Positions 1 to 11,101 of a stretch of DNA of 38,569 bases are shown here, piece after piece; the first letter of the stretch is position 1; each line of letters opens with the position of its first letter. Below the pieces are notes generated by a model. That model searched no databases and was not told the origin of the DNA. It saw only the letters and a program-made list of their open reading frames with translations. The translations under genes were made by a program, and so were the position numbers. Origin of the DNA: an uncultured Acetobacteraceae bacterium (GTDB taxonomy: Bacteria > Pseudomonadota > Alphaproteobacteria > Acetobacterales > Acetobacteraceae); NCBI GenBank assembly GCA_964236225.1, contig CAXSES010000001.1, positions 7,873-46,441 on the forward strand, read 5' to 3'.

Positions 1-84
1 GTGCGACAGCCCGGCGACCGAGGCGCCCAGGCCCTGCGGCTGGCCGGCGATCAGCCCAGGGGCATTTGCTGCCACGGGGTTCAT
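1..84 (-). CDS. nuoN: NADH-quinone oxidoreductase subunit N, first 28 codons only (continues beyond window)
   Basis: Minus-strand ATG at 84-82 overlaps the nuoM stop (ATGA). The visible peptide is [28 protein letters not shown]. Identity rests only on the canonical nuoA-N gene order. Confidence 0.55.
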   Translation of the reverse strand, partial: MNPVAANAPGLIAGQPQGLGASVAGLSH

Positions 85-1667
85 CGGACGGTCCTCACCA
101 TAGGTGCGCATTCGCCACCGGCGCACTGGAACGATCCTACGATCGGCATTCCAACAGCAACATGGAAGGTCCGGGGCAGGCCCAGCGCGACTTGGTGGCG
201 AGCGACCATTGAGTCGACGCTAGCGCCGAAGAACGAGGTGAAGCTGCTCGGGTAGATCCCCATCCACAGCGTCAGCACCACCAGCGGCGCGAAGATGCCG
301 ATCTCGCGCGGCGACAGGTCCAGCATCGAGCGCAAATCGTCGCGCGTCAGCCGCCCGAAGATCACCCGGCGATACAGGTACAGCCCGTACACCGCGCCGA
401 GGACCATGCCGAACGAGCCGAGCAGCGCCAGCCACAGGCTGACCTGGAACGCGCCGACGAGGACAAGGAACTCGCCGACGAAGCCGGACGTGCCGGGCAA
501 TCCGATGTTGCCCATGGTGAACACCATGAACACCGCGGCGTAAAGCGGCATCCGGACCGCCAGGCCGCCGTAGCGCGCGATCTCGCGGGTGTGCAGCCGG
601 TCGTAGACCACGCCGACGCAGAGGAACATCGCCGCCGACACGATGCCGTGGCTCAGCATGAGGAACAGCGCGCCCTCCACGCCCTGCACGTCGAAGGTGA
701 AGATGCCGATCACCACGACGCCCATGTGCGCGATCGAGGAGTAGGCGATCAGCTTCTTCATGTCGGTCTGCGCGAACGCGACCAGGGAGGTGTAGATCAC
801 GGCGATCACGCCCAGCGCGTACATCAGCGGGGCGAACTGCGCGCTCGCCTGCGGCAGCATCGGCACCGAGAAGCGCAGGAACCCGTACGCCCCCATCTTG
901 AGCAGCACGCCGGCCAGGATCACCGAGCCCGCCGTCGGCGCCTCCACATGCGCGTCCGGCAGCCAGGTGTGCACCGGCCACATCGGCACCTTCACGGCGA
1001 AGGAGGCCAGGAACGCCAGGAACAGCCAGAACTGCATCTGCGCGGAGAACGGCGTCGCCATCAGCGTCGGGATGTCCGTGGTGCCGGCGACGAACCACAT
1101 CGTCAGCAGCGCCAGCAGCATCAGCACGCTGCCGGCGAAGGTGTAGAGGAAGAACTTGAACGACGCATACACCCTGCGCGTGCCGCCCCAGACGCCGATG
1201 ATCAGGTACATCGGGATCAGCACGCCCTCGAAGAACATGTAGAACACGACGAAGTCCATCGCCGAGAACATGCCGACCATCATGGTCTCGAGCACCAGGA
1301 ACGCGATCATGTACTCGCGCACCCTGAAGCGCACCGATTCCCAGCTCGCCAGGATGCAGATCGGCGTCAGCGCGGTGGACAGCAGCACGAACAGCACGCT
1401 GATGCCGTCCACGCCCATCGCGTAGCCGACGCGGAACTCCGGCAGCCACTGCGAGCGCTCGACGAACTGGAAGCCCGGCTGGCTCGGATCGAAGCGCGCC
1501 CACAGCACCAGGCTGATGACGAACACCACGAGGCTGGTCCACAGCGCCGCCCAGCGCGAGTTCGACGCGACCACCTCCTCCGTGCCGCGCACGGTCATGA
1601 TGAACACGCAGCCCACCAGCGGCAGGAAGGTGACGAGGCTCAGGATCGGGAAGCCTGCGGCCATCAT
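81..1667 (-). CDS. nuoM: NADH-quinone oxidoreductase subunit M
   Basis: 528-aa multi-TM ORF with ND4/NuoM-type motifs [28 protein letters not shown] and [13 protein letters not shown]. It sits between nuoL and nuoN. Confidence 0.95.
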   Translation of the reverse strand: MMAAGFPILSLVTFLPLVGCVFIMTVRGTEEVVASNSRWAALWTSLVVFVISLVLWARFDPSQPGFQFVERSQWLPEFRVGYAMGVDGISVLFVLLSTALTPICILASWESVRFRVREYMIAFLVLETMMVGMFSAMDFVVFYMFFEGVLIPMYLIIGVWGGTRRVYASFKFFLYTFAGSVLMLLALLTMWFVAGTTDIPTLMATPFSAQMQFWLFLAFLASFAVKVPMWPVHTWLPDAHVEAPTAGSVILAGVLLKMGAYGFLRFSVPMLPQASAQFAPLMYALGVIAVIYTSLVAFAQTDMKKLIAYSSIAHMGVVVIGIFTFDVQGVEGALFLMLSHGIVSAAMFLCVGVVYDRLHTREIARYGGLAVRMPLYAAVFMVFTMGNIGLPGTSGFVGEFLVLVGAFQVSLWLALLGSFGMVLGAVYGLYLYRRVIFGRLTRDDLRSMLDLSPREIGIFAPLVVLTLWMGIYPSSFTSFFGASVDSMVARHQVALGLPRTFHVAVGMPIVGSFQCAGGECAPMVRTVR

Positions 1668-1668
1668 C

Positions 1669-3597
1669 TCACCGGAACAGGAGGAAGATGCTGACCAGGC
1701 TCACGAGGCCGATCAGCATGGTGAAGGCGTAGACCGCGATCGACCCGGTCTGCAGCCGCACCACCTGGCGCGAGCCGTCCGTGGTCAGCAGCGCGAGGCC
1801 GTTGGGCAGCCCGTCGATGATCCTCTCGTCGCCGACATGCCAGAACTCGCGCGCCAGCCACTTCGCCGGCCGCACGAAGATCGCGTCGTACAGCTCGTCG
1901 AAATACCATTTGTTGAGCAGGAACAGGTAGACCGGCCGGAACCGCGCCGCGAGGATCGCCGGCACCGCGGGCCGCGCCATGTAGAGGAGGTAGGCCAGCG
2001 CGATGCCGCCCAGCCCCATGACAGTGGGCAGCAGGGCGATCAGCGTCGGCACGTGCTCTGCCGACAGCAGGACATGGTTGTTCGGCCCGGAGAAGATCGC
2101 GCCGCGCCAGAACCAGCCCTGGTCCTCGCCGATGAACAGCGACTTGAGCAGCACGCCCGCGAGCAGCGCGCCCACGGAGAGCAGCACCAGCGGCCCCCAC
2201 ATCGACGCCGGGCTCTCATGCGCATGCGCCAGCTTGTCCGGGTCGTATGCCCGGCCATGGAACGTCAGGATCAGCAGCCGCCACGAGTAGAACGCCGTGA
2301 GGAACGCGGCGATGGTGCCGAGGATGAACGCGTACAGCCCGACGCCGGTGCCCGCCGCCCAGGCGCTCTCCAGGATCGCGTCCTTGGACCAGTAGCCCGC
2401 GAACGGCCAGATGCCGCCAAGCGCCAGGCTGCCCGCCCACATGCAAACGTAGGTGATCGGGATCTTGCGCCAAAGCCCGCCCATGCGGAACATGTCCTGC
2501 TCGTCGTGCATGGCGTGGATCACCGAGCCCGCGCACAGGAACAGCAGCGCCTTGAAGAAGGCGTGGGTGAAGAGGTGGAACATCGACGCCTGGAACGCGC
2601 CCACGCCGGCGGCCAGGAACATGTAGCCGAGCTGCGAGCACGTGCTGTAGGCGATGACACGCTTGATGTCCGGCTGCACCAGGGCGATCGTCGCCGCGAA
2701 GAAGCAGGTCGTCCCCCCGATCACAGTGACCATCGCCAGAGCAGCCGGAGCGAACTCCAGGATCGGCGACATCCGCGACACCAGGAACACGCCGGCCGTC
2801 ACCATCGTCGCCGCGTGGATCAGCGCGGAGACCGGCGTCGGCCCCTCCATCGCGTCGGGCAGCCAGGTGTGGAGGAAGATCTGCGCGGACTTGCCCATCG
2901 CGCCGATGAACAGCAGCACGCCGATCACCTCGAACGCCCGCCACTCGGTGCCGAACACTTGGTAGGTGTCGGCGACGTGGTCCTGCACGTGGGCGAAGAT
3001 CGTCGGGAAGTCGATGGCGCCGAACAGCACGAACACCAGGGCGATGCCGACCGCGAAGCTCAGGTCGCCGACCCGGTTGACCACCATCGCCTTGATCGCC
3101 GCCGCGTTGGCGGAGGGACGGTCGTACCAGTAGCCGATCAGCAGGTAGCTCGCGAGGCCCACGCCCTCCCAGCCGAAGAACAGCTGCAAAAGGTTGTCGG
3201 CGCTGACCAGGGCCAGCATCGCGAAGCTGAACAGCGACAGGTAGGAGAAGAACCGGTAGGTCGGCTGATGCTCGTGGCCCATGTAGCCGACGCTGTAGAC
3301 GTGCACGAGGGTGGCCACCGCGGTGACCATCGCCACCATCGAGATCGACATCGTGTCGCGGTGCAGGTCCCAGCCGACCTGGAAGCTGCCGACGTCCATC
3401 CAGGTGCCGATCGACAGCGCGCCCGGCACGCCGCCGTCCCAGACGTAGTCCACCCAGTTCAGCGTGCCGCACAGGGCGGCCACGGCCATCAGCAGGATCG
3501 TCGCCGCCTGCGCCGCCCTGTCGCCGATGGCCCGGCCGAGAAGCCCTGCGATCAGCGAGCCGAGCAGCGGCGCGAAGACGGCGGTCGCATACAGCAT
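1669..3597 (-). CDS. nuoL: NADH-quinone oxidoreductase subunit L
   Basis: 642-aa multi-TM ORF with ND5/NuoL-type motifs [30 protein letters not shown] and [15 protein letters not shown]. It is tightly packed between nuoK and nuoM. Confidence 0.95.
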   Translation of the reverse strand: MLYATAVFAPLLGSLIAGLLGRAIGDRAAQAATILLMAVAALCGTLNWVDYVWDGGVPGALSIGTWMDVGSFQVGWDLHRDTMSISMVAMVTAVATLVHVYSVGYMGHEHQPTYRFFSYLSLFSFAMLALVSADNLLQLFFGWEGVGLASYLLIGYWYDRPSANAAAIKAMVVNRVGDLSFAVGIALVFVLFGAIDFPTIFAHVQDHVADTYQVFGTEWRAFEVIGVLLFIGAMGKSAQIFLHTWLPDAMEGPTPVSALIHAATMVTAGVFLVSRMSPILEFAPAALAMVTVIGGTTCFFAATIALVQPDIKRVIAYSTCSQLGYMFLAAGVGAFQASMFHLFTHAFFKALLFLCAGSVIHAMHDEQDMFRMGGLWRKIPITYVCMWAGSLALGGIWPFAGYWSKDAILESAWAAGTGVGLYAFILGTIAAFLTAFYSWRLLILTFHGRAYDPDKLAHAHESPASMWGPLVLLSVGALLAGVLLKSLFIGEDQGWFWRGAIFSGPNNHVLLSAEHVPTLIALLPTVMGLGGIALAYLLYMARPAVPAILAARFRPVYLFLLNKWYFDELYDAIFVRPAKWLAREFWHVGDERIIDGLPNGLALLTTDGSRQVVRLQTGSIAVYAFTMLIGLVSLVSIFLLFR

Positions 3598-3599
3598 CC

Positions 3600-3908
3600 T
3601 CAGCCCTTCATCAGGTTCACGTCCTCGACCTGGATCGAGCCGCGGTTGCGGAAATACACCACCACGATCGCCAGCCCGATCGCCGCCTCCGCCGCCGCCA
3701 CGGTGAGCACGAACATCGCGAACACCTGCCCCGCCAGGTCGCCCAGCGCGGCGGAGAACGCCACCAGGTTGAGGTTGACCGCGAGCAGGATCAGCTCGAT
3801 CGACATCAGGATCACGATGACGTTCTTGCGGTTCAGGAAGATGCCGAAGATGCCCAGCACCAGCAGGATCGCGCCCACCGCAAGGTAGTGGCCCAGGGTC
3901 ACGGCCAT
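3600..3908 (-). CDS. nuoK: NADH-quinone oxidoreductase subunit K
   Basis: Last 102 codons of track ORF 3600..4712 ([29 protein letters not shown]...[15 protein letters not shown]), a small 3-TM ND4L-like protein. The ATG at 3908 overlaps the nuoJ TGA by 1 nt. Confidence 0.9.
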   Translation of the reverse strand: MAVTLGHYLAVGAILLVLGIFGIFLNRKNVIVILMSIELILLAVNLNLVAFSAALGDLAGQVFAMFVLTVAAAEAAIGLAIVVVYFRNRGSIQVEDVNLMKG

Positions 3909-4639
3909 CAGGTGTGGCCCCCGTGCGCTTCGTGGTCCGCCGCCACGCCGGAGGGCGTCGGGTGCTCGCCGTGCGCGTCGGGGCCGCCGGCGGGCAGCAG
4001 CGCGGGCTCGGGCAGCGGGCGCAGGATGCCCTGGCCCACGCCCTGGCCGAGCGGCACGCGCACCATCGACAGGCTCAGCGCCGGGTCGCGCGCCTGCTGT
4101 CGGGCGATGTCCTGGTGGCGCGACGCGGTGCGCTCGCGCAGGGTCAGCACGATCGCGCCCATCATCGCCACCAGCAGGATCAGCCCGGACACCTGGAACA
4201 GGAACGCGTAGTCCGTGTACAGCACCCGCCCGATCGCCGCAGTGTTCGACACGCCCGCGGGCATCGCGGACAGCCGCAGCACCGCGTTGGCCGGCGCGAT
4301 CCGCCAGCCGGCCACGAACACCACCAACTCGACGAACAGCACCAGCCCGACAACGGCACCCACCGGGGCGTAGCGCTGGAACCCCTCGCGCAGCTCGGAG
4401 AAGTTCACGTCGAGCATCATCACCACGAACAGGAACAGCACCGCGACCGCGCCGACGTAGACGATCACCAGGATGAAGGCGAGGAACTCGGCGCCCGCCA
4501 GCAGGAACAGGCCGGCCGCGTTGAAGAACGTCAGGATCAGGAACAGCACGGAATGCACGGGATTGCGCGACGTCACCACCAGCGCGGCGGACAGCAGCAG
4601 CACGGCGGCGAAGACGTACCAGAACAGGGTGGCGATCAA
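3908..4639 (-). CDS. nuoJ: NADH-quinone oxidoreductase subunit J (with low-complexity C-terminal tail)
   Basis: Track ORF 3908..4729. A typical NuoJ N-terminus (M)[29 protein letters not shown] begins at the in-frame TTG at 4639. ORF sequence upstream of that lies in repeat R1. The roughly 45 C-terminal residues are Gly/Pro/His-rich. Confidence 0.85.
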   Translation of the reverse strand: MIATLFWYVFAAVLLLSAALVVTSRNPVHSVLFLILTFFNAAGLFLLAGAEFLAFILVIVYVGAVAVLFLFVVMMLDVNFSELREGFQRYAPVGAVVGLVLFVELVVFVAGWRIAPANAVLRLSAMPAGVSNTAAIGRVLYTDYAFLFQVSGLILLVAMMGAIVLTLRERTASRHQDIARQQARDPALSLSMVRVPLGQGVGQGILRPLPEPALLPAGGPDAHGEHPTPSGVAADHEAHGGHT

Positions 4640-4674
4640 TGCGGCGTCCCCATGCAGGCGGCGGAAGGCAGGAA

Positions 4675-4795
4675 GCAAGGCTGGGCTCTGCCCAGACCCG
4701 CAAAGGGTCCAAGGACCCTTTGATCCCATCCCTTAAGTAAGGCCGTCCAGGGGGCTTCCCCTGGCGGGGTCCAGGGGCAGAGCCCCTGGCCTTCC
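4675..4795. repeat. Mosaic multi-hairpin repeat R1 (nuoJ-nuoI spacer)
   Basis: The arms GCAAGGCTGGGCTCTGCCCAGACCCGC and GCGGGGTCCAGGGGCAGAGCCCCTGGCCTTCC are inverted copies. Internal palindromes are AAAGGGTCCAAGGACCCTTT and CCAGGGGGCTTCCCCTGG. It has a CTTAAG centre. Confidence 0.85.
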
Positions 4796-4825
4796 TTGGC
4801 TGGCTTCCCGCGGCCGGGCGTCATC

Positions 4826-5314
4826 TCAGCGGTAAGGCGCATCGAGCTCGAGCCGCCTGGCCAGCTCGACCTCCCAGCGGTCGCCGTTGGCCAGCAGCTT
4901 GGCCTTGTCGTACATCAGCTCCTCGCGCGTCTCGGTGGCGAACTCCAGGTTCGGCCCCTCCACGATCGCGTCCACAGGGCAGGCTTCCTCGCACAGGCCG
5001 CAGTAGATGCACTTGGTCATGTCGATGTCGTAGCGCGTGGTGCGCCGGCTGCCGTCGCCGCGCGGCTCGGCCTCGATGGTGATCGCCAATGCCGGGCACA
5101 CCGCCTCGCACAGCTTGCACGCGATGCAGCGCTCCTCGCCGTTCGGGTAGCGGCGCAGCGCATGCTCGCCCTTGAAGCGCGGGCTGAGCGGGTTCTTCTC
5201 GTAGGGGTAGTTGATCGTGGCCTTGGGCTTGAACATGTAGCTCAGAGTCAGGCCCATGCCGGCGAGAAGCTCGCCCAGCAGCAGGCTCCGAGCGGTGCGA
5301 TCCAGGAACGCCAT
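4826..5314 (-). CDS. nuoI: NADH-quinone oxidoreductase subunit I
   Basis: Two 4Fe-4S ferredoxin motifs, [12 protein letters not shown] and [12 protein letters not shown]. Start chosen at ATG 5314 ([10 protein letters not shown]...) with GGAG just upstream. The longer track ORF runs into repeat R2. Confidence 0.93.
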   Translation of the reverse strand: MAFLDRTARSLLLGELLAGMGLTLSYMFKPKATINYPYEKNPLSPRFKGEHALRRYPNGEERCIACKLCEAVCPALAITIEAEPRGDGSRRTTRYDIDMTKCIYCGLCEEACPVDAIVEGPNLEFATETREELMYDKAKLLANGDRWEVELARRLELDAPYR

Positions 5315-5367
5315 CTCCAACCCCCACACAGGCGGCCGGGGATACCCCGCGCCGCAGCATTCGGCAA

Positions 5368-5500
5368 GCAAGCCAGGCCAGGGCTCTGCCCTGGACCCGC
5401 CAGGGGCGAGCCGCCCCTGGACCGGCGAAAATAATCCTTGGAAAATGCCGGTCCAGGGCGGCTCGCCCTGGCGGGGTCCAGGGGCAGAGCCCTGGCCTTA
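5368..5500. repeat. Mosaic multi-hairpin repeat R2 (nuoI-nuoH spacer)
   Basis: Near-perfect nested palindrome. CAGGCCAGGGCTCTGCCCTGGACCCGCCAGGGGCGAGCCGCCCCTGGACCGGC, an AT-rich centre GAAAATAATCCTTGGAAAATG, then CCGGTCCAGGGCGGCTCGCCCTGGCGGGGTCCAGGGGCAGAGCCCTGGCCTTA. Confidence 0.9.
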
Positions 5501-5519
5501 TCTTCGGTGGGCCTTGTCT

Positions 5520-6539
5520 TCAGGCGCCGTCCGGCAGCCACCCCATCGCCATCAGCACGCTGGCCGTCAACACCAGCCAGAACAGCGACAGCGGCAGGAA
5601 GACCTTCCACCCGAGACGCATGAGCTGGTCGTAGCGGAAGCGGGGGAACGTCGCGCGCACCCAGACGAACATGAACATGACGAACGCGATCTTGAGCAGG
5701 AACCAGACCGTGCCCGGAACCCAGGTGAACGGCGCGATCCCGAACGGCGCCTGCCAGCCGCCCATGAACAGGATCGAGGTCATGGCGCTCATCAGGAACA
5801 TGTTGGCGTACTCGCCCAGGAAGAACAGGCCGTACGACATCGAGCTGTACTCGACCATGAAGCCCGCGACGATCTCGCTCTCGCCCTCGGCCAGGTCGAA
5901 CGGCGCCCGGTTGGTCTCCGCCAGCGCCGAGATGAAGAACACCACGAACATCGGCAGCAATGGGATGCAGAACCACACGTGGCGCTGCGCCCGGACGATG
6001 TCGTTGAGGTTGAGGCTGCCTACGCACAGCAGCACGCAGACGATCACGAGGCCGATGGACACCTCGTAGCTGACCATCTGCGCCGCGGAGCGCAGCGCGC
6101 CGAGGAAGGCGTATTTCGAGTTGCTGGCCCAGCCTGCGATGATGATGCCGTACACGCCGAGCGAGCTGATCGCGAACAGGTAGAGCACGCCCACGTTGAT
6201 GTCGGCGATCGCCCAGCCGTCGCCCATCGGGATCACCGCCCAGGCGATCATCGCCAGCACGAAGGTCAGCACCGGCGCCAGCAGGAACAGCGCCCGGTTG
6301 GCGCCTGTCGGCACCACCGTCTCCTTCGTCAGCATCTTCAGCGCGTCGGCGAAGGGCTGCCACAGCCCGAACGGCCCGACCACGTTGGGCCCGACCCTGA
6401 GCTGCATCGCAGCCAGGATCTTGCGCTCGGCGTAGGTCATGTAGGCGACCGAGACCAGCAGCGGCACGATGATCGCCAGCGTCTCGGCCAGCGTCAGGAC
6501 GAAGTGCCCGCCCGTGGTGTCGTAGAAGAAATGCGTCAC
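5520..6539 (-). CDS. nuoH: NADH-quinone oxidoreductase subunit H
   Basis: 339-aa multi-TM ORF with ND1/NuoH motifs [32 protein letters not shown] and [20 protein letters not shown]. Confidence 0.95.
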   Translation of the reverse strand: MTHFFYDTTGGHFVLTLAETLAIIVPLLVSVAYMTYAERKILAAMQLRVGPNVVGPFGLWQPFADALKMLTKETVVPTGANRALFLLAPVLTFVLAMIAWAVIPMGDGWAIADINVGVLYLFAISSLGVYGIIIAGWASNSKYAFLGALRSAAQMVSYEVSIGLVIVCVLLCVGSLNLNDIVRAQRHVWFCIPLLPMFVVFFISALAETNRAPFDLAEGESEIVAGFMVEYSSMSYGLFFLGEYANMFLMSAMTSILFMGGWQAPFGIAPFTWVPGTVWFLLKIAFVMFMFVWVRATFPRFRYDQLMRLGWKVFLPLSLFWLVLTASVLMAMGWLPDGA

Positions 6540-6543
6540 GGCC

Positions 6544-8655
6544 TCACTCCGCCGCCTGCAGCATCGCCTGCGCCGAGCGCGCCGGGCGGCTCAGCTCCTC
6601 GGTGCACTCCGCCATGGTGGCGCTGGCCCGGCTGATCGGGTCGGTCTGGTAGTAGTCGGCCACCGCAGGCACGAACGGCGCCGTCCCCAGCACGCGCAGC
6701 CCCGCGCCCAGCCCGGCGAACGGCCCGCCCCGGTCCGAGGCGCCGAAGCGCGGCAGCCCCTCGCGCGCGAACACCGGGTTCACCTCCGCCAGCCGCGCCC
6801 GCACCGCGTCGAGGTCGTCGTAAGGCAGGGCGTGCCCGACCACCTCGCTGAACGCGCGCAGGATGCGCCAGTCCTCCCGGGCATCGCCCGGCGGGAACAC
6901 CGAGCGCAGGCCACGCTGCACCCGTCCCTCCGTGCTGACCCAGGTGCCGGGCTTCTCGACATAGGCCGCGCCCGGCAGGATCACGTCGGCGCGCGCCGCC
7001 CCCCGATCGCCGTGGTGGCCCTGGTACACGACGAAGGTGTCCGCGCCGATCCGCGCGGTGTCGAACTCGTCCGCGCCGAGCAGCCACAGCAGGTCCACGC
7101 CGCCGCCCATCATGCCCGCGAGGTCGAGTCCGCCCCCGCTCCCGCCAGCGCCCGGCACGAAGCCGAGGTCGAGCGCGCCGACCCGGGCGGCCGCGGTGTG
7201 CAGCACGTTGAAGCCGTGCCAGTCCGCCTCCAGCGCCCCCGTCGCCCCCGCCAGCGACCAGCACGCCGCCAGCACCGCCGCGCCATCAGGACGCGCCAGC
7301 GCGCCCTGCCCGACCACGATCATCGGCCGCTTGGCGGTCAGCAGCGCGTTGGCGAACACCCCCGCGCCGTCCGGCTGCGAGGCGTCCGTCACCGAGGACA
7401 GCGCCTGCGGATTGCTGCCAAGCCAGGTCACCGGGTAGGTCAGGTCCCAGCGCGCGCCGATCGCGCCGATCGCCAGCCCGCCCTGCAGGCTGCGCTTGCG
7501 GATGCGCGCGTTCAGCACCGGCGCCTCGTGGCGAGGGTTGGTGCCGACCAGCAGGATCGCGTCCGCCTCCTCGATCCCCGCGATCGTGGTGTTGAACGTG
7601 TAGAACTCGCGCCTGCCGGCATCGAGCGCCGCCCCGTCCTGCCGGCAATCGAGGTTCGCCGAGCCCAGCGCGCCCATCAGGTCGCGCAGCGCCACCATGC
7701 TCTCCGCGTCGCACAGGTCGCCGGCGATCGCCCCGATCCGCGCGCCGGGCATCCCGTCGAGGCGGCGCTGGATGGTGGCGAACGCCTCCGCCCAGCTCGC
7801 GGGCTTCAGCGTGCCGTCGCGGCGCACCCAGGCGCGGTCCAGGCGGCGGCGCTTGAGCCCGTCGATCGAGTGGCGCGACTTGTCGCCGAGCCACTCCTCG
7901 TTCACCGCGTCGTTGGTGCGCGGCAGGATGCGCAGCACCTCCGGCCCCCTCGCGTCGATGCGGATCGCCGAGCCCACTGCGTCGAGCACGTCCACGCCGT
8001 CGGTGTGCATCAGCTCCCACGGCCGCGCCACGAACGCGTACGGCTTGGAGGTCAGCGCGCCGACCGGGCAGATGTCGACCAGGTTGCCGGACAGCTCCGA
8101 GGTCAGCGCCTTTTCCACGTACGTCCCGATCTCCATGCCCTCGCCGCGCGAGGTGGCACCCAGCTCCGGCACCCCAGCGACCTCGGTGGCGAAGCGGACG
8201 CAGCGCGTGCACTGGATGCAGCGCGTCATCACCGTCTTGACGATTGGCCCGAGGTACTTGTCCTTCACCGCGCGCTTGTTCTCGGCGTAGCGCGAGTGGT
8301 CGCCGCCGTAGCTGTACGCCTGGTCCTGCAGATCGCACTCGCCGCCCTGGTCGCAGATCGGGCAGTCGAGCGGGTGGTTGATGAGCAGGAACTCCATCAC
8401 GCCCCGCCGCGCCCTGCGCACCATCTCGCTGTCTGTGCGCACGACCATGCCCTCGGCGACCGGGTAGGCGCAGGAGGCCACCGGCTTGGGCGCCTTCTCC
8501 ACCTCGACCAGGCACATCCGGCAGTTGCCCGCCACCGACAGGCGCTCGTGGTAGCAGAAATGCGGGATTTCCTGGCCGGCCTGCTGGCAGGCCTGCAGCA
8601 CCGAGCTGCCGTTGGGGACCTCGACCTCGGTCCCGTCGATCGTGAGCTTCGTCAT
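6544..8655 (-). CDS. nuoG: NADH-quinone oxidoreductase subunit G (75-kDa Fe-S subunit)
   Basis: 703 aa with N-terminal Fe-S cysteine clusters [37 protein letters not shown] and [11 protein letters not shown] 4-nt gap separates it from nuoH. Confidence 0.95.
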   Translation of the reverse strand: MTKLTIDGTEVEVPNGSSVLQACQQAGQEIPHFCYHERLSVAGNCRMCLVEVEKAPKPVASCAYPVAEGMVVRTDSEMVRRARRGVMEFLLINHPLDCPICDQGGECDLQDQAYSYGGDHSRYAENKRAVKDKYLGPIVKTVMTRCIQCTRCVRFATEVAGVPELGATSRGEGMEIGTYVEKALTSELSGNLVDICPVGALTSKPYAFVARPWELMHTDGVDVLDAVGSAIRIDARGPEVLRILPRTNDAVNEEWLGDKSRHSIDGLKRRRLDRAWVRRDGTLKPASWAEAFATIQRRLDGMPGARIGAIAGDLCDAESMVALRDLMGALGSANLDCRQDGAALDAGRREFYTFNTTIAGIEEADAILLVGTNPRHEAPVLNARIRKRSLQGGLAIGAIGARWDLTYPVTWLGSNPQALSSVTDASQPDGAGVFANALLTAKRPMIVVGQGALARPDGAAVLAACWSLAGATGALEADWHGFNVLHTAAARVGALDLGFVPGAGGSGGGLDLAGMMGGGVDLLWLLGADEFDTARIGADTFVVYQGHHGDRGAARADVILPGAAYVEKPGTWVSTEGRVQRGLRSVFPPGDAREDWRILRAFSEVVGHALPYDDLDAVRARLAEVNPVFAREGLPRFGASDRGGPFAGLGAGLRVLGTAPFVPAVADYYQTDPISRASATMAECTEELSRPARSAQAMLQAAE

Positions 8656-8673
8656 CGCATCGCCCCACAGAAG

Positions 8674-8846
8674 AAAGGCCAGGGGCTCTGCCCCTGGACC
8701 CCGCCAAAGGCGAAGCCTTTGGAAACCACTACTTCAGCCCTGCGGCACATCGCCGCGGCCCGTGCCCCCAACGCAGGCCGGTCCAGGGGGGCTCCCCCTG
8801 GCGGGGTCCCCGCTTCAAGCATGGGGGCAGAGCCCCTGGCCTTGCC
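8674..8846. repeat. Mosaic multi-hairpin repeat R3 (nuoG-nuoF spacer)
   Basis: Left AAAGGCCAGGGGCTCTGCCCCTGGACCCCGCC plus CCAAAGGCGAAGCCTTTGG. Right CCAGGGGGGCTCCCCCTGGCGGGGTCC, an approximately 14-bp insert, then GGGGCAGAGCCCCTGGCCTTGCC. It ends directly at the nuoF stop codon. Confidence 0.85.
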
Positions 8847-10172
8847 TCATTCCGCCGCGATCGGCAGGTTCGCCGGCGTCGGCGCGATCCGCGAAGGCTG
8901 CGGCCGTGCCTTGCGCTCCGCGATCCTCGCCTCGATCACCGGGCGGAAGTTGCGGATCAGCCCCTGCACCGGCCACGCGGCGCCATCGGCGAGCGCGCAG
9001 ATGGTGTGCCCCTCGATCTGGCGGCTGACCTGGTCGAGCATGTCGATCTCCTCGACCTCGGCGCGGCCTTCGACCATGCGGTCGAGGATGCGCATCATCC
9101 AGCCCGTGCCCTCGCGGCAGGGCGTGCACTGGCCGCAGGTCTCGTGCTTGTAGAAATGCGCGAGGTTGGCGATGCACTTGATCACGTCCGCCGACCTGTC
9201 GAGCACGATCACCGCCGCCGTGCCCAGCGCGCTCTTCGCGTCGCGCAGGCTGTCGAAATCCATCAGCACGTCGTCGCAGGCGCCGGCCGCGAGGATCGGC
9301 GTGGACGAGCCGCCGGGGATCACGCCGAGCAGGTTGTCCCAGCCGCCGCGCACCCCGCCGCAATGCCTGTCGATCAGCTCGCGCAGCGGGATGCTCATCT
9401 CCTCCTCGACGTTGCACGGCTTGTTCACGTGCCCGGAGATCGAGAAGATCTTCGTCCCGGTGTTCTTCGGCCGCCCGAACGAGGAGAACCACGCGGCGCC
9501 CCGGCGCAGGATCGCCGGCGCGGTGGCGATGGTCTCGACGTTGTTCACCGTGGACGGGCAGCCGTAGAGCCCGACCGCGGCGGGGAACGGCGGCTTGAGG
9601 CGCGGCAGGCCCTTCTTGCCCTCCAGGCTCTCGATCAGCGCGGTCTCCTCGCCGCAGATGTAGGCGCCGGCGCCGCGGTGCAGGAACACCTCGCAGTCCC
9701 AGCCAGAGCCGCAGGCGTTGCGCCCGATCAACCCTGCCTCGTACGCCTCGTCGATCGCGACCTGGAGGTTCAGGTGCTCGTTGTAGTACTCGCCCCTGAT
9801 GTAGATGTAGGCCGCGTGCGCCCCGATCGCGAACGCGCCGAGCAGGCAGCCCTCGACCAGCTTGTGCGGGTCGTGGCGCATGATCTCGCGGTCCTTGCAC
9901 GTCCCCGGCTCGCTCTCGTCGGCGTTGACCACCAGGTAGTGCGGCCGCCCGTCGGACTGCTTCGGCATGAACGACCACTTCATGCCGGTCGGGAACCCAG
10001 CGCCGCCGCGCCCGCGCAGCCCGGACGCCTTCATCTCGTCGATGATCGCGTCGCGCCCGCGCGCCAGGATCGCCGCCGTGCCGTCCCAGTCGCCGCGTTT
10101 GCGCGCGCCGTCCAGGTGCCAGTCGTGCAGGCCGTACAGGTTCGTGAAGACGCGGTCGCGATCGTTCAGCAT
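8847..10172 (-). CDS. nuoF: NADH-quinone oxidoreductase subunit F (51-kDa FMN/NADH-binding subunit)
   Basis: 441 aa with [18 protein letters not shown] and the C-terminal [12 protein letters not shown] 4Fe-4S motif. The ATG overlaps the nuoE TGA by 1 nt. Confidence 0.95.
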   Translation of the reverse strand: MLNDRDRVFTNLYGLHDWHLDGARKRGDWDGTAAILARGRDAIIDEMKASGLRGRGGAGFPTGMKWSFMPKQSDGRPHYLVVNADESEPGTCKDREIMRHDPHKLVEGCLLGAFAIGAHAAYIYIRGEYYNEHLNLQVAIDEAYEAGLIGRNACGSGWDCEVFLHRGAGAYICGEETALIESLEGKKGLPRLKPPFPAAVGLYGCPSTVNNVETIATAPAILRRGAAWFSSFGRPKNTGTKIFSISGHVNKPCNVEEEMSIPLRELIDRHCGGVRGGWDNLLGVIPGGSSTPILAAGACDDVLMDFDSLRDAKSALGTAAVIVLDRSADVIKCIANLAHFYKHETCGQCTPCREGTGWMMRILDRMVEGRAEVEEIDMLDQVSRQIEGHTICALADGAAWPVQGLIRNFRPVIEARIAERKARPQPSRIAPTPANLPIAAE

Positions 10173-11101
10173 CAGCCGACTTCCCTTCCATGCGGGGTCC
10201 GGGAGCCCCCGCCGTCATAGCCCTCGCCCGTCAGCTCCAGCAGCGTCCGCGGGCCGCCCTCGGGCGCCGAGCCCTTGCGGCCGATCATCGAGCCTGCGGG
10301 CGGCGGCGCGTCGCCCCGCTTGAGCGAGCGCAGCAGGGCCTCCGTCAGCTCGCCCGTCAGATCCTCGTAGTAGTCGTCGTTGACCTGCAGGATCGGCGCG
10401 TTGGCGCAGCCGCCCAGGCACTCCACCGAGGTCAGGGTGAACAGCCCGTCGGCGCTGCTCTCACCGAAGCCGCCCAGACCGGCGACGCGCTTGCACGCGT
10501 CCGTCACATCGTCAGAGCCGCGCAGCCAGCAAGGGGCCGTGGTGCAGACCTGGAGGTGGTACTTGCCGACCGGCGTGGTGTTGAACATCAGGTAGAAGGT
10601 CGCGACCTCGTACACCCGGATCGGCGCCATGCCGAGCCGCGCCGCCACCGCGTCCATCGCCACGCGCGGCACCCAGCCGCTGCCGGTCTGGCGGCGCATC
10701 TGGCCCTGCGCCTCGTAGAGCAGCGGGATCACCCCGCTCGCCTGCCGCCCCTCCGGGTACTTCGCCAGGATGAGCGCGATCGCCGCCTCGCTCTGCGCGT
10801 CGAAGGCGAAGTGGTCTGGCTCGCCCCTGTGCGGCCCGGGCGCGCCGCCGCCCATGACCTCGGCGGAGAACGCGCCGAGCGCCGGCTGCGGACCTCCCTC
10901 GCCCGGCAGCCCTGTCGCGAGCCCGCCCAGCGCAGGGCCGCGCAGCCCGTCCTCGGTCATCGTGACGCCGCCGGGCGCGCCCACCGGCACGCCCGCCTGC
11001 TCGCGCCCGCCGGTGGGCGTGGCGCCGTCGCCGCCCGAGTGGCTGCCCTCAGTGCGCGGCGCGCCCGGGCCGCGCGGCGCGCCCACCCCCGAGCCGCTCA
11101 T
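10172..11101 (-). CDS. nuoE: NADH-quinone oxidoreductase subunit E with about 95-aa Gly/Pro-rich N-terminal leader
   Basis: The C-terminal two thirds are a standard 24-kDa subunit ([43 protein letters not shown]). The ATG at 11101 overlaps the nuoD TGA by 1 nt. The leader codons keep very high third-position GC, so the long form is preferred. The alternative start is ATG 10855 ([18 protein letters not shown]). Confidence 0.85.
   Translation of the reverse strand: MSGSGVGAPRGPGAPRTEGSHSGGDGATPTGGREQAGVPVGAPGGVTMTEDGLRGPALGGLATGLPGEGGPQPALGAFSAEVMGGGAPGPHRGEPDHFAFDAQSEAAIALILAKYPEGRQASGVIPLLYEAQGQMRRQTGSGWVPRVAMDAVAARLGMAPIRVYEVATFYLMFNTTPVGKYHLQVCTTAPCWLRGSDDVTDACKRVAGLGGFGESSADGLFTLTSVECLGGCANAPILQVNDDYYEDLTGELTEALLRSLKRGDAPPPAGSMIGRKGSAPEGGPRTLLELTGEGYDGGGSRTPHGREVG

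Noticed and set aside
1-255. 84-aa plus-strand ORF at the window edge
   Set aside because: It is antisense to the nuoM-nuoN junction, and no supporting features were found.
1516-3888. 790-aa plus-strand ORF
   Set aside because: It is antisense to nuoL and nuoK. The translation is dominated by R/H/D/E/Q runs, typical of open antisense frames in high-GC DNA. The same reasoning applies to 591..1694, 3914..4723 and 5256..6635.
6832-9153. 773-aa plus-strand ORF
   Set aside because: It is antisense to nuoG and nuoF with a low-complexity Arg/Ala/Pro translation. It crosses repeat R3, where it yields the pseudo-peptide [12 protein letters not shown].
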